From a virus (taxonomy: Duplodnaviria > Caudoviricetes), in the IMG/VR virus record IMGVR_UViG_3300033153_010544, positions 1 through 30,620 of that record: a stretch of 30,620 bases of DNA. One strand, written 5' to 3'. The first letter of the stretch is position 1. Each line of letters starts with the position of its first letter. Position numbers and translations under genes: made by a program. Under the pieces are notes generated by a model, which searched no databases, was not told where the DNA came from, and saw only the letters and a list, made by a program, of their open reading frames with translations. Of this stretch, positions 9,417 through 17,159 are shown piece by piece.

Positions 9417-9478
9417 AAGGTGCCTTCATCCTGTTAATCTATCCGGGATTATTCTTTGATGCGGGTCAAAGACCAGGA
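9417..9478. repeat. 62-bp exact direct repeat, copy 1 (copy 2 at 14953-15014)
   Basis: aaggtgccttcatcctgttaatctatccgggattattctttgatgcgggtcaaagaccagga. Confidence 0.97.
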
Positions 9479-9601
9479 GGTTTTGCTTGCCCGATCACCT
9501 TTAATTTCATCGTATTTATTGTTGATTTCTCCCCACAGGAAAAGAACAATAAGGGTTGCCATGCTGCCAATTAATATCCCAAGCAATAAAACTGGTATCA
9601 T
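9449..9601 (-). CDS. 50-aa single-pass membrane protein, paralog A (not in ORF track)
   Basis: MIPVLLLGILIGSMATLIVLFLWGEINNKYDEIKGDRASKTSWSLTRIKE; differences from paralog B are largely synonymous or conservative. Confidence 0.8.
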   Translation of the reverse strand: MIPVLLLGILIGSMATLIVLFLWGEINNKYDEIKGDRASKTSWSLTRIKE

Positions 9602-9716
9602 TATGTGCCGTCCTTTTTGTGTTGCCGCGCCGAACCCTCTTACCTGGTGGCTATGATGGTGCGACCATCAAATGGGTGTCGAACCCAAGACGCGGCAGTT
9701 ATGTGCCGTCCTTTTT
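9601..9716. repeat. 18-bp direct repeats (9601-9618, 9699-9716) flanking an 80-nt structured segment
   Basis: ttatgtgccgtccttttt occurs at both positions. Confidence 0.95.
9619..9698 (-). ncRNA. Putative multi-stem (tRNA-like) structured RNA
   Basis: Closing stem TGCCGCGTC/GGCGCGGCA; hairpin TGGG-TTCGACA-CCCA (T-loop-like); hairpin TGATGGT-CGC-ACCATCA. Confidence 0.5.
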
Positions 9717-10046
9717 CGGGGGTATAATCCCCGGCCTATCCAACAGGTCCCTTGCGACCTGATCGTCGTCAGATTTCGCTCTGAGAGAGTCTAACGAGGT
9801 AAATATGTCCTGTTTGAGGCTGGCAATTTGGTCTACCATAAGCTCAAGGGTTCTTGCCGAATTAATCTCCATGTCAATTAATCGACTATACACCTGTTGT
9901 AAATTATTAAAATGGCCTCTGGCATAAAAACCCAGTTTGCCCTTTTTGTTAACCTTCTTTTCAAACAGGGTGATTGCCAGCTGGTCTCCCTGGAAAGCCC
10001 AGTTGTCATTAATATGAATAAACTTTTCGTCTTCGTTTTGTTTCAT
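9699..10046 (-). CDS. Hypothetical protein
   Basis: ATGA-coupled ORF in the operon. Confidence 0.75.
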   Translation of the reverse strand: MKQNEDEKFIHINDNWAFQGDQLAITLFEKKVNKKGKLGFYARGHFNNLQQVYSRLIDMEINSARTLELMVDQIASLKQDIFTSLDSLRAKSDDDQVARDLLDRPGIIPPKKDGT

Positions 10047-10288
10047 TGCTTGAGCCTTCGGCGGATCAAGTGCAGCGTATCTGACAACAGTTTACTTTTT
10101 TCTTCCAGCAAGTCCAGCCTTTCGGTATGATGCCTTTGAACAATCGCATCCAGTTCTGTTCCAATAAAGATAAAAAATAAACAAATAGCTATGATATTAA
10201 AACTGCCGCCAACTACAAGCCAGCATATAGCCACAAAAACAATAGACCTGCCAAGGACAGCCCAGTTTCTTTTTAAAAATTGTTTCAT
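10043..10288 (-). CDS. Two-TM membrane protein
   Basis: Two hydrophobic segments; AGGAG upstream. Confidence 0.7.
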   Translation of the reverse strand: MKQFLKRNWAVLGRSIVFVAICWLVVGGSFNIIAICLFFIFIGTELDAIVQRHHTERLDLLEEKSKLLSDTLHLIRRRLKQ

Positions 10289-10380
10289 AAGTTTACAACG
10301 CTCCTGTGTGCCTGATATCTATCCAAACTTGTTTTGGGAAAACGCAAATTGGTTCAAATTTACAAAAAGCGTTTACCCGT

Positions 10381-11289
10381 TTAGGTTGCTCCTTTTCTCA
10401 TAGTCCTAACAGCTTTCGCAGCGGCCACTTTCATCCGTGCGCTTTTCGGGTTTATATTTATGTCCAATTTTTTGAAAACACGGGGTATGAATGTTTTGCT
10501 ATCAGAATGATTATTTACTTTTTGGAAAAAGTTTTTGTTTACTTCAAAAACACAGGCATCCATAACATTTCGCCCGTTGCTGCTTTTATAAGAATAAAAA
10601 GATGGCCCAGCTTTTTTAATAAATCTGATAAGATGGTCGATAGAGGCTCTATTTTCCCCTTTAGAATATTTCGATCCCTTGTTTTTCCCAAAAACCCGTG
10701 CGGAGTCTGCAAGGTTTATATAAACCCAAAGAAGCCCACAGATAAAAATTCTTTGGCCCCGATGCTTGCCTCTCTGTTTTTTTTTGGAAAGAGATTTCTT
10801 AAGAACGTATGATCCTAAAGTGTCTTTGCGACCGACGGTTTCGGCTATTTCTCTCAGCCCTATATCCCTGCCTCTAAGCAAATTAATAGCAACAATACAT
10901 CCGCTGGAAACGCTGTGGCAAAGATAAGCCATATATAAAAAAGCTATAATATCATCGGTTATTCCACAGGTAAAATCGGCATTTATAAAGTCTATTTCAT
11001 TTCTGCCCTTCCAGTCATTAATGACAGATGTTAGGTCGCTGTGTATGACATTAACGCCATTTTTGCGTAATATTTTTACAGATTTAAGGTCCCTTTCAAC
11101 TGCCAATAAATTGTGATCCGAAAACCCCTTTTTTATTGCAACCGGTCGGTCTAAATCTTGGGCCGCAGCAAAATATAAGCCCAGCGAATCCTTTATTGGT
11201 TTATGTGTCTTTTCCCTAATTCTGTTCCAGGTCCAAACACGCCATTTTTCTTTTTCGTTAAAATCGTAATTGTTTAGGCCAACAGACAT
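10381..11289 (-). CDS. Putative class I SAM-dependent methyltransferase-like protein
   Basis: LYFAAAQD, LLAVERD, VIHSDL, IDFINADFTCG strand pattern; AT-rich. Confidence 0.55.
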   Translation of the reverse strand: MSVGLNNYDFNEKEKWRVWTWNRIREKTHKPIKDSLGLYFAAAQDLDRPVAIKKGFSDHNLLAVERDLKSVKILRKNGVNVIHSDLTSVINDWKGRNEIDFINADFTCGITDDIIAFLYMAYLCHSVSSGCIVAINLLRGRDIGLREIAETVGRKDTLGSYVLKKSLSKKKQRGKHRGQRIFICGLLWVYINLADSARVFGKNKGSKYSKGENRASIDHLIRFIKKAGPSFYSYKSSNGRNVMDACVFEVNKNFFQKVNNHSDSKTFIPRVFKKLDININPKSARMKVAAAKAVRTMRKGAT

Positions 11290-11507
11290 AACCCCCCTTT
11301 TAAATCTTCCAGCGTTTCTGGGCTCGCTATGCCCATCAGTGTTGCAAGCAGTTTTGCCTGCGCCGTTGCCCTTTCTTTTTCATAGGGGGTCATTGTCTGA
11401 TGATTTTTTATTTCTGCAACCTTCCGATCAAAGAATATTTTAGCATCTCGTTTCATGGCTGCTGCCTTACGTTCTTCAAAGGTCCCCCTTTTTTTAGCTT
11501 CACCCAT
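11274..11507 (-). CDS. Hypothetical protein
   Basis: MGEAKKRGTFEERKAAA start; AAGGAG RBS. Confidence 0.75.
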   Translation of the reverse strand: MGEAKKRGTFEERKAAAMKRDAKIFFDRKVAEIKNHQTMTPYEKERATAQAKLLATLMGIASPETLEDLKGGLCLLA

Positions 11508-11532
11508 TAGCCCAGTCTCCTTTTGCGCTCCT

Positions 11533-11940
11533 TTAAGCGTACTGTTTGTGATGTTTTGCACACAACCAATCTACATCTAAGGGTTTGTCATAGTCTGGAT
11601 GGTGGCCGTGTGCTACCTTTCCACATATTCGACAAGGTTGGCGCTGGATCTTACCATCACGGATGGCATTGTTTAGTTTATTTTGTGCCCTGTATCCTTT
11701 GGGGTTTTTAGCACGCCAAACGCGGGTGTTCTCCGTGATGTGTTGCCTCCGGTGTGGTTTTTTGGCGCGGTTCCGATCATATTCACGGATTTGATCAATA
11801 TTCTTATTTCTGTGTTTTGCCACTCTTTTACGGGTGCAAGTTTTACAGAAATTCAAATATCCGTCGGCCATTTCTTTGTGTCGATAAAATTCCTTGGCGG
11901 TTTTTGTTTTACCGCACCTTCTACATACTTTTGCAATCAT
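11533..11940 (-). CDS. HNH-type endonuclease-like Zn-finger protein
   Basis: CRRC..EFY..DG.LN.CKTC; PCRICG..HGHHPDYDKPLDVDWLCAKHH. Confidence 0.8.
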   Translation of the reverse strand: MIAKVCRRCGKTKTAKEFYRHKEMADGYLNFCKTCTRKRVAKHRNKNIDQIREYDRNRAKKPHRRQHITENTRVWRAKNPKGYRAQNKLNNAIRDGKIQRQPCRICGKVAHGHHPDYDKPLDVDWLCAKHHKQYA

Positions 11941-11952
11941 ATTAACATCCTA

Positions 11953-12627
11953 TCAAAAAGGTATAGTGTCGTCGTCATACCCAGGATCTCCAGTTTCCGC
12001 GCCGGGTGGTATATCGGATGACTGTTGCGACCCTTGATACTGGCCCTGGTCCGGATGTAGCTTTTGATACTCTGGAGATGTCCGGACCAAGTTGGCAATC
12101 CAGTCTGGAATACTGTCCGGGACCATATCCCCACTATCGATTTCATATATGACTATATCGTGATCCGGTTCCAGTTTTGTCTGGTTTTTCATCAGGCCCA
12201 TAATCGCATTTATGTTAGCATAGGTTTTGTCTCCAGAGCTGGTTTTTTTCGTTACATGCACAACCTGGATGTTGGCATTAACGCCCAGCAGCTTAGAAAG
12301 ATCAAACCCCTGTAATTCTTCTTCGGAAAAAGGTTTCTGCCGCCACGCTTCAAGATCTTGTCTAAGGTTGGCTTTTTGGTGTAGGGATAACCGGTACAAT
12401 TTGGATATCACCATTGGCATATCGTTTTCCGGCTCTCCTTCTTTGGATATATCGATTCGATGTTCTGGAAACTCCCACATAATAAGAACTTTATAAATTT
12501 CCTTATTGAACAGTGGGTTTATTTGGGTACCTATGTCCACAACCGCTATACACACCGCTTGCCAGGCTCCTGCCGGTACCGGTTCGAAATTATCTGACCC
12601 ACCCGGGTCTTTTGCTGTTAAGCCCAT
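11953..12627 (-). CDS. Phage SSB-like/replication protein (NGO0469-like family)
   Basis: FEPVPAG..A.C..VVDIGTQ, SLHQKANLRQDLEAWR..PF, acidic DDDTIPF tail. Confidence 0.75.
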   Translation of the reverse strand: MGLTAKDPGGSDNFEPVPAGAWQAVCIAVVDIGTQINPLFNKEIYKVLIMWEFPEHRIDISKEGEPENDMPMVISKLYRLSLHQKANLRQDLEAWRQKPFSEEELQGFDLSKLLGVNANIQVVHVTKKTSSGDKTYANINAIMGLMKNQTKLEPDHDIVIYEIDSGDMVPDSIPDWIANLVRTSPEYQKLHPDQGQYQGSQQSSDIPPGAETGDPGYDDDTIPF

Positions 12628-12950
12628 AATTTTACTCCTTTCAACATATCAAGTTTTTTGGTTTTAAGTATGGCCATTTTTACCATCTTGGCCGTTAAAA
12701 ATTTTGATTGAACTCCCATTCCTGCCTCTGGGGCTATTATATTAACAAAATAGATTTGTTCTGGCCACTTGTTAGCCATAATTCGATCCAGCGGGAAGGT
12801 TTGTAAAATATGCACCTCATGGCCATGTTTATAAATCAACCGCATGACCGGATGCCCCTTATCATCTTTTAAGATAAGGACTTCTTTAACAAAGCTACCA
12901 AAGAGCATCGTGGCGATTTTAATTATCTTTCCTTCCCTTGTCCCGGCCAT
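12618..12950 (-). CDS. Hypothetical protein
   Basis: Overlaps both neighbours; operon position. Confidence 0.65.
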   Translation of the reverse strand: MAGTREGKIIKIATMLFGSFVKEVLILKDDKGHPVMRLIYKHGHEVHILQTFPLDRIMANKWPEQIYFVNIIAPEAGMGVQSKFLTAKMVKMAILKTKKLDMLKGVKLWA

Positions 12951-13861
12951 TTTTCATTAAACTCCCAGCAAAGCTGTTTGCAGTCTTCTTTGATCTCGCA
13001 ATAATTTGCACAACGATTACCATCCCAACACTCCCACGGCAAACACACCCTGGCATATTCGTCATCAAAAGCCTGGTTAACCTCAGCCTGGAGTTTGGCA
13101 TAGAACCCCAAGACTTCAGTGTCCTGTATCTTAGGCAACTCGATCAGGTACTTATTGCTGGTAATGCCGCGATTTTTGGCAATAAAGGTCCCACCATCTC
13201 TCGGTATGGCAAATATCCTCATTCGACTGATTTTAAAGCCATAAGTTTCATAAAAAATACGATAACGGTTAACCTGTAAGGATACCCCAAAAAGGTCTTT
13301 TTTTGGATCCACATAGATGATTTTAGATTCTTTTTTGGTTTTGGCCTGCCCTTTGTTTGGCCCGGATTTTAGATAGACCTGTTTACCATCTTTATCCAAA
13401 ACCGCCACATCGTTTTTTTCAATCTGGATACCCATCCACTTAGCTACAGCATAAGACCCGGATGTTTTGTGGTCGGTAAGAATATATTGGTTTGGGATCC
13501 ACTCGTCGTCTTCTAACAGGTCTGCAATCCCCTTAGAATCTTTGTCGGACAACGGTTCCTCGCTAAGCACATTATGGGTAATACCTCTGTCTGCCAAGCG
13601 GCTGTGAACCGTAGAGCCCAGGACTGCAAATACGCGACCATCCGGATCAGCTGCATAATCAAATACAGCCTTTCCCCAGATCAACCTTGGGCCATTACCG
13701 GCAGCTGAGGGGGTTACACCGGTGTACTTTCGATCATAACCAATCTTTCTTAGAAAGGGTAAGGGACAGCAGCGTTCATTCATACGACATCCTTTGGGTG
13801 TCAGGCATTGGCCTATTGATATTCTTTTGGAATCCGGACAGATAAAATGTGTTAAGCTCAT
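12923..13861 (-). CDS. Cas4-like PD-(D/E)XK exonuclease
   Basis: GSTVH, GIADLL, LTDHKTSG, Q.N.Y, C-terminal C..C..C cluster. Confidence 0.8.
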   Translation of the reverse strand: MSLTHFICPDSKRISIGQCLTPKGCRMNERCCPLPFLRKIGYDRKYTGVTPSAAGNGPRLIWGKAVFDYAADPDGRVFAVLGSTVHSRLADRGITHNVLSEEPLSDKDSKGIADLLEDDEWIPNQYILTDHKTSGSYAVAKWMGIQIEKNDVAVLDKDGKQVYLKSGPNKGQAKTKKESKIIYVDPKKDLFGVSLQVNRYRIFYETYGFKISRMRIFAIPRDGGTFIAKNRGITSNKYLIELPKIQDTEVLGFYAKLQAEVNQAFDDEYARVCLPWECWDGNRCANYCEIKEDCKQLCWEFNEKWPGQGKER

Positions 13862-13886
13862 AATATTCTCCTTATAGTTTATTTAT

Positions 13887-14243
13887 TTATGCCAACATCC
13901 ATTTTGGTGGAAGCTGAACTTCCTGGTCCCATGGTCGCCATAAGTGTAAAACCGTTTTTCCGACATTAATATAATCTTTTTCGGGTGGGTGAAATTGGAT
14001 GGCCAGCTCGTCACTTTTAAAAAACAGGTTTTTAATAAAACACATTTCTTCCCATTTGGGGCAACGGTGTTTTAATGATACTGAAACGTGATCCCAGCCC
14101 TCACCACAGCCACAAATTACCAATAACTTATGATATCTATACGGTATCCTAAAGCACCCTTCGATATTTCCGGGGATTTGTTTTTCGTAAAAAGGATGAT
14201 CTACTCGTAATTTTTCAAGGTTTGATGGTAATTTGTTTTTCAT
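13887..14243 (-). CDS. Conserved phage hypothetical protein
   Basis: GWDHVSVS..RCPKWEEMCFIKNLFF..QFHPP..YIN..LHLWRP. Confidence 0.85.
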   Translation of the reverse strand: MKNKLPSNLEKLRVDHPFYEKQIPGNIEGCFRIPYRYHKLLVICGCGEGWDHVSVSLKHRCPKWEEMCFIKNLFFKSDELAIQFHPPEKDYINVGKTVLHLWRPWDQEVQLPPKWMLA

Positions 14244-14482
14244 GGTCGTTCACTTTTTTCCATCAGTTCCTTATATTTTGCCAATAATTCGTCCCATGTG
14301 TCAAGATAGCCGGAAAAGACGTACTTAACGTTAAGCCAGAACTTGGCTATCCTTCTGTCAGGAAAAAATTTAAACGAAATGGCCTGGATAGAAACATCCA
14401 TTTTAAACTTTTCGCATAAGTTGTCTTCCATATATTCTATCTGTGTATAGCTTGGTTTTTCTGTTTTAGTTATCCGGTGCAT
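14240..14482 (-). CDS. Hypothetical protein
   Basis: AAGGA RBS; ATGA coupling. Confidence 0.7.
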   Translation of the reverse strand: MHRITKTEKPSYTQIEYMEDNLCEKFKMDVSIQAISFKFFPDRRIAKFWLNVKYVFSGYLDTWDELLAKYKELMEKSERP

Positions 14483-14508
14483 TTTACTTTTCCTTTTTTA
14501 ATGACTGA

Positions 14509-14658
14509 TTATACGCGATCTTCTTTAATGTCTATACGAACGATCGTACCAGCCCAATATGCTTTGACCGAAACCCCCTTGTCGTTTTTAAGGTCAATAC
14601 GCTTCATGCCGTCGGCGACTTTTGTATATGCTTCTTGTATTAATTCCATTGTATCCAT
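14509..14658 (-). CDS. 49-aa hypothetical protein
   Basis: GGAGG RBS before MDTMEL. Confidence 0.7.
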   Translation of the reverse strand: MDTMELIQEAYTKVADGMKRIDLKNDKGVSVKAYWAGTIVRIDIKEDRV

Positions 14659-14714
14659 TTTGCCTCCAAGTGTATAATAAAGAAATGGGCGCACAGAAAG
14701 CCGCATATTTCTGT

Positions 14715-14927
14715 TTAAAATTTTAAATCTGGAAAATCCAGTTGTTTTTGCATCAGGTTTCTAGCTTCAACCAAGTCTTTCTGTTGGTCTGCTTCCAAGC
14801 AGTTCCACCAAATAAGCCTATCTTCTATAATTAAATTGGTCATGTCAGACAATGTGCGCAGTTGTTCTCCGGTAAAGGTTAATGTAAATTCATTGGTTTC
14901 TGTTGGGTTGTTTGCTTTTGGTGTCAT
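14715..14927 (-). CDS. Hypothetical protein
   Basis: AAGGGA RBS. Confidence 0.7.
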   Translation of the reverse strand: MTPKANNPTETNEFTLTFTGEQLRTLSDMTNLIIEDRLIWWNCLEADQQKDLVEARNLMQKQLDFPDLKF

Positions 14928-14952
14928 TTATCGATTTCCCTTAAAGAAAAAG

Positions 14953-15014
14953 AAGGTGCCTTCATCCTGTTAATCTATCCGGGATTATTCTTTGATGCGG
15001 GTCAAAGACCAGGA
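14953..15014. repeat. 62-bp exact direct repeat, copy 2
   Basis: Identical to 9417-9478. Confidence 0.97.
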
Positions 15015-15140
15015 ATTTTTTGCTTGCCCGTTCACCTCTGATATTTCATCAATCTTATTATTAATTTCTCCCCACAAGAAAAGAGATATAGCAGTTAGCA
15101 TGCTGCCGATTAAAATTCCTAAAAGTAAAATTGGTATCAT
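14985..15140 (-). CDS. 51-aa single-pass membrane protein, paralog B (not in ORF track)
   Basis: MIPILLLGILIGSMLTAISLFLWGEINNKIDEISEVNGQAKNSWSLTRIKE. Confidence 0.8.
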   Translation of the reverse strand: MIPILLLGILIGSMLTAISLFLWGEINNKIDEISEVNGQAKNSWSLTRIKE

Positions 15141-15156
15141 TTTAAAACCTTTTTTA

Positions 15157-15279
15157 TTTGGCTACGGAAACTAAATTTACAGCTTCTTGTCAGGTTTAAG
15201 ATTAACACTGTTCATACCCACGCCCTGTAGTGGCTTAATTCCCGCAGCCAAACGGTAGCCTCCCGTTTACTTTACAAGG
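15157..15279 (-). promoter_or_regulatory. Putative structured 5' leader RNA
   Basis: 18-bp helix 15235-15252/15157-15174 with three G-U pairs on the minus strand; alternative three-way junction. Confidence 0.5.
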
Positions 15280-15298
15280 TTTGGTGGTAATTTATTTT

Positions 15299-15526
15299 TT
15301 ATGTCAAATGCTTTATCAATACATCCATAAAAGAGTCCACAAACCAGTTGGATGTTGGATCCTGTTTTTTAACATCCAAAGGTTTTTGTTTTTGTGGAAA
15401 CGAAATATTAGAAGCCGACCAGTCCACATGGTTGTTGGACAAAATCAGGTCCTTGGCTGTTTTGCTTAAATTAAATAGTGGTTGCCTGGTTTCCATGGTT
15501 TCTCCCGTTGTAATATTTTCACTCAT
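15299..15526 (-). CDS. Hypothetical protein
   Basis: ORF in the operon; start may be the second Met. Confidence 0.6.
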   Translation of the reverse strand: MSENITTGETMETRQPLFNLSKTAKDLILSNNHVDWSASNISFPQKQKPLDVKKQDPTSNWFVDSFMDVLIKHLT

Positions 15527-15689
15527 TATCTTTTTTAAACTCTTTCCATTCGTCGGTTAAACCATAGTGATCGTAGTAAGCTTTTGCCTGGCGCATATAC
15601 GCTTTATGGTCCGACCAGTTGCAATCTGTATCATCCGGATGAATCGGTGCGCCCTCGCCTTTTATGTGAGCCAATCCAAATCCACTCAT
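15519..15689 (-). CDS. 56-aa hypothetical protein (not in ORF track)
   Basis: AGGAG RBS; MSGFGLAHIKGEGAPIHPDD... Confidence 0.7.
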   Translation of the reverse strand: MSGFGLAHIKGEGAPIHPDDTDCNWSDHKAYMRQAKAYYDHYGLTDEWKEFKKDNE

Positions 15690-15704
15690 AATTTTCTTTC
15701 TCCT

Positions 15705-15941
15705 TTAAATATTTCTTAGCCCAGCCTCTTTTGTCATTCGGTTCATTGCTTGGTGGAAAAATTCTGTCTTAAAAGAATGTAGATAGGTTCCTCCACCTGC
15801 TCCAGCCCTTAGTTCTCCAGGCACTCCAAGAGCTTCAACCCTTTTCATTGCTTCTATTTCAGCATATGGAATAAAAAAATCAACATCTTTTTCGTACTGG
15901 GTTAATGCATCTCTTAATTCTGTCCGATATCTTTTCCTCAT
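15705..15941 (-). CDS. Hypothetical protein, first gene of the leftward operon
   Basis: GAGG RBS just downstream of the promoter. Confidence 0.75.
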   Translation of the reverse strand: MRKRYRTELRDALTQYEKDVDFFIPYAEIEAMKRVEALGVPGELRAGAGGGTYLHSFKTEFFHQAMNRMTKEAGLRNI

Positions 15942-15977
15942 AGATTGCCTCTTTTGTATTAATTTTGAGTTGCCAAC

Positions 15978-16006
15978 AATCTATGACACCACAACCTATT
16001 TGTCAA
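15978..16006 (-). promoter_or_regulatory. sigma70-type leftward promoter
   Basis: TTGACA-N17-TAGATT. Confidence 0.75.
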
Positions 16007-16113
16007 GCTTGATTATGGTAGGTTATAGGCACTGATGTATGATCTGCCCAAATATTTAATGTCAAATCAATTATTTTCATCGATTTTTGCTGATTTTTGT
16101 ATCAACCTGCTGC

Positions 16114-16142
16114 TTGACAGGTGTGCTACAATGACTCATAAT
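16114..16142 (+). promoter_or_regulatory. sigma70-type rightward promoter
   Basis: TTGACA-N17-CATAAT. Confidence 0.75.
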
Positions 16143-16195
16143 GATTCTAAAAGTTATTTATCCCATTAATTTCCATGACAATAAAGGAGTGTTAC

Positions 16196-16483
16196 ATGCC
16201 AATTCACAGTTTTGAAGAAATGGTTGAAATTCTACGAGAAGATCTTGGGTCACACAGTCACGTTGCCAGGGCTTTGGGTTTAACGGTACGACATTATCTA
16301 AGGTTGCGTACCATAGAACAAGCCAAAGATAAATCAATTCAAACCATGATACTGATGCGGATTTATTGTAAGATCATCCGTTTGAGTCGCACACACAAGC
16401 CCTTTCGTAATCATAAGAGAGAACTGGTTAGAGAATGGACCAGTGACCATCTGACTAAGCGTAAGATCAGAGTGTTGTGGTAG
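16196..16483 (+). CDS. Cro-like HTH DNA-binding protein
   Basis: GSHSHVARALGLTVRHYLRL; AAGGAG RBS; first gene after the divergent promoter. Confidence 0.65.
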   Translation: MPIHSFEEMVEILREDLGSHSHVARALGLTVRHYLRLRTIEQAKDKSIQTMILMRIYCKIIRLSRTHKPFRNHKRELVREWTSDHLTKRKIRVLW

Positions 16484-16773
16484 GATATCCAAAGCCAAAA
16501 CCTATCCGATTACCACGATATCTGGAATTTCTTACCACGCTTCCATGTACTCGTTGTAATCGGGTCAAATCTGAATATTTAGATATAGTACCGGCACATC
16601 AGGGTTTTGGATACGATCCTGGAATGGCCACGAAAAATAATGACAACCTGGCCCTGCCTCTTTGCACTGAATGTCACGACAGAGAACACCATGGAGCCAA
16701 AACATTCTGGAAGGGATTTGATAGGAAGATGGCAATAATTAAATGTTTGACGTTATATCTTTGGAGGCATTGA
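16477..16773 (+). CDS. DUF968/HNH-like Zn nuclease protein
   Basis: YLEFL..LPC..C, AH, GMATK..D..ALPLC..CH..H. Confidence 0.75.
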   Translation: MVGYPKPKPIRLPRYLEFLTTLPCTRCNRVKSEYLDIVPAHQGFGYDPGMATKNNDNLALPLCTECHDREHHGAKTFWKGFDRKMAIIKCLTLYLWRH

Positions 16774-16973
16774 TGGATATTAAAAATTTACCATGTGATA
16801 AACAAATAAAAACAATCTGTCCCCTTACGCTCCCAAATCCTAACGGCCCATATGCTTGCTGTGAAAAACAGTGTGTATGGTGGCAAACATATTATGAGGG
16901 AACTGAAAAAGAATGTGGTCGGTGTGTGATTGCATCAATCGTTCCGCTTAGAAGGCTTAGGGTGGAAAGTTGA
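16773..16973 (+). CDS. Small Cys-rich protein, paralog of 7193-7384
   Basis: GGAGG RBS, TGATG coupling; CPLTLPNP..CCEKQCVWW. Confidence 0.8.
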   Translation: MDIKNLPCDKQIKTICPLTLPNPNGPYACCEKQCVWWQTYYEGTEKECGRCVIASIVPLRRLRVES

Positions 16974-16976
16974 ATA

Positions 16977-17156
16977 ATGCCGTCAATAGAATTTGAGGTT
17001 TGGTGTTCGTGTGGTAACGGCCTTTGTGGCCAATGTACCGATAAAAGGGGTGGTATCGTTATTGAACCATGTGAAAAGTGTATGGAGATAGCTGCAAGTG
17101 AGGGCTATGATAGCGGATATGATGTAGGCTACAACGACAGAGATAACGAGGGTTAA
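16977..17156 (+). CDS. 59-aa Cys-rich protein (not in ORF track)
   Basis: MPSIEFEVWCSCGNGLCGQC...PCEKC...GYDSGYDVGY. Confidence 0.75.
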   Translation: MPSIEFEVWCSCGNGLCGQCTDKRGGIVIEPCEKCMEIAASEGYDSGYDVGYNDRDNEG

Positions 17157-17159
17157 ATT

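Noticed and set aside
9456-9656. Plus-strand paralogous ORFs (also 14992-15174)
   Set aside because: Antisense shadows of the duplicated minus-strand membrane genes; TTG starts without an RBS
9619-9698. Canonical tRNA gene
   Set aside because: The T-loop hairpin comes first, with no D arm, no 7-nt anticodon loop and no CCA end
10306-10812. 168-aa antisense ORF
   Set aside because: Opposite a better-supported gene; no RBS or motifs
12923-13861. CRISPR-Cas locus
   Set aside because: Stand-alone Cas4-like exonuclease; no array or other cas genes
9417-15140. DGR template/variable repeat pair
   Set aside because: Differences are not adenine-specific, include indels and are largely synonymous; no reverse transcriptase in the window
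15222-15279. Purine riboswitch
   Set aside because: P1 and J3/1 look similar, but the J2/3 ligand pocket and the kissing-loop consensus are absent
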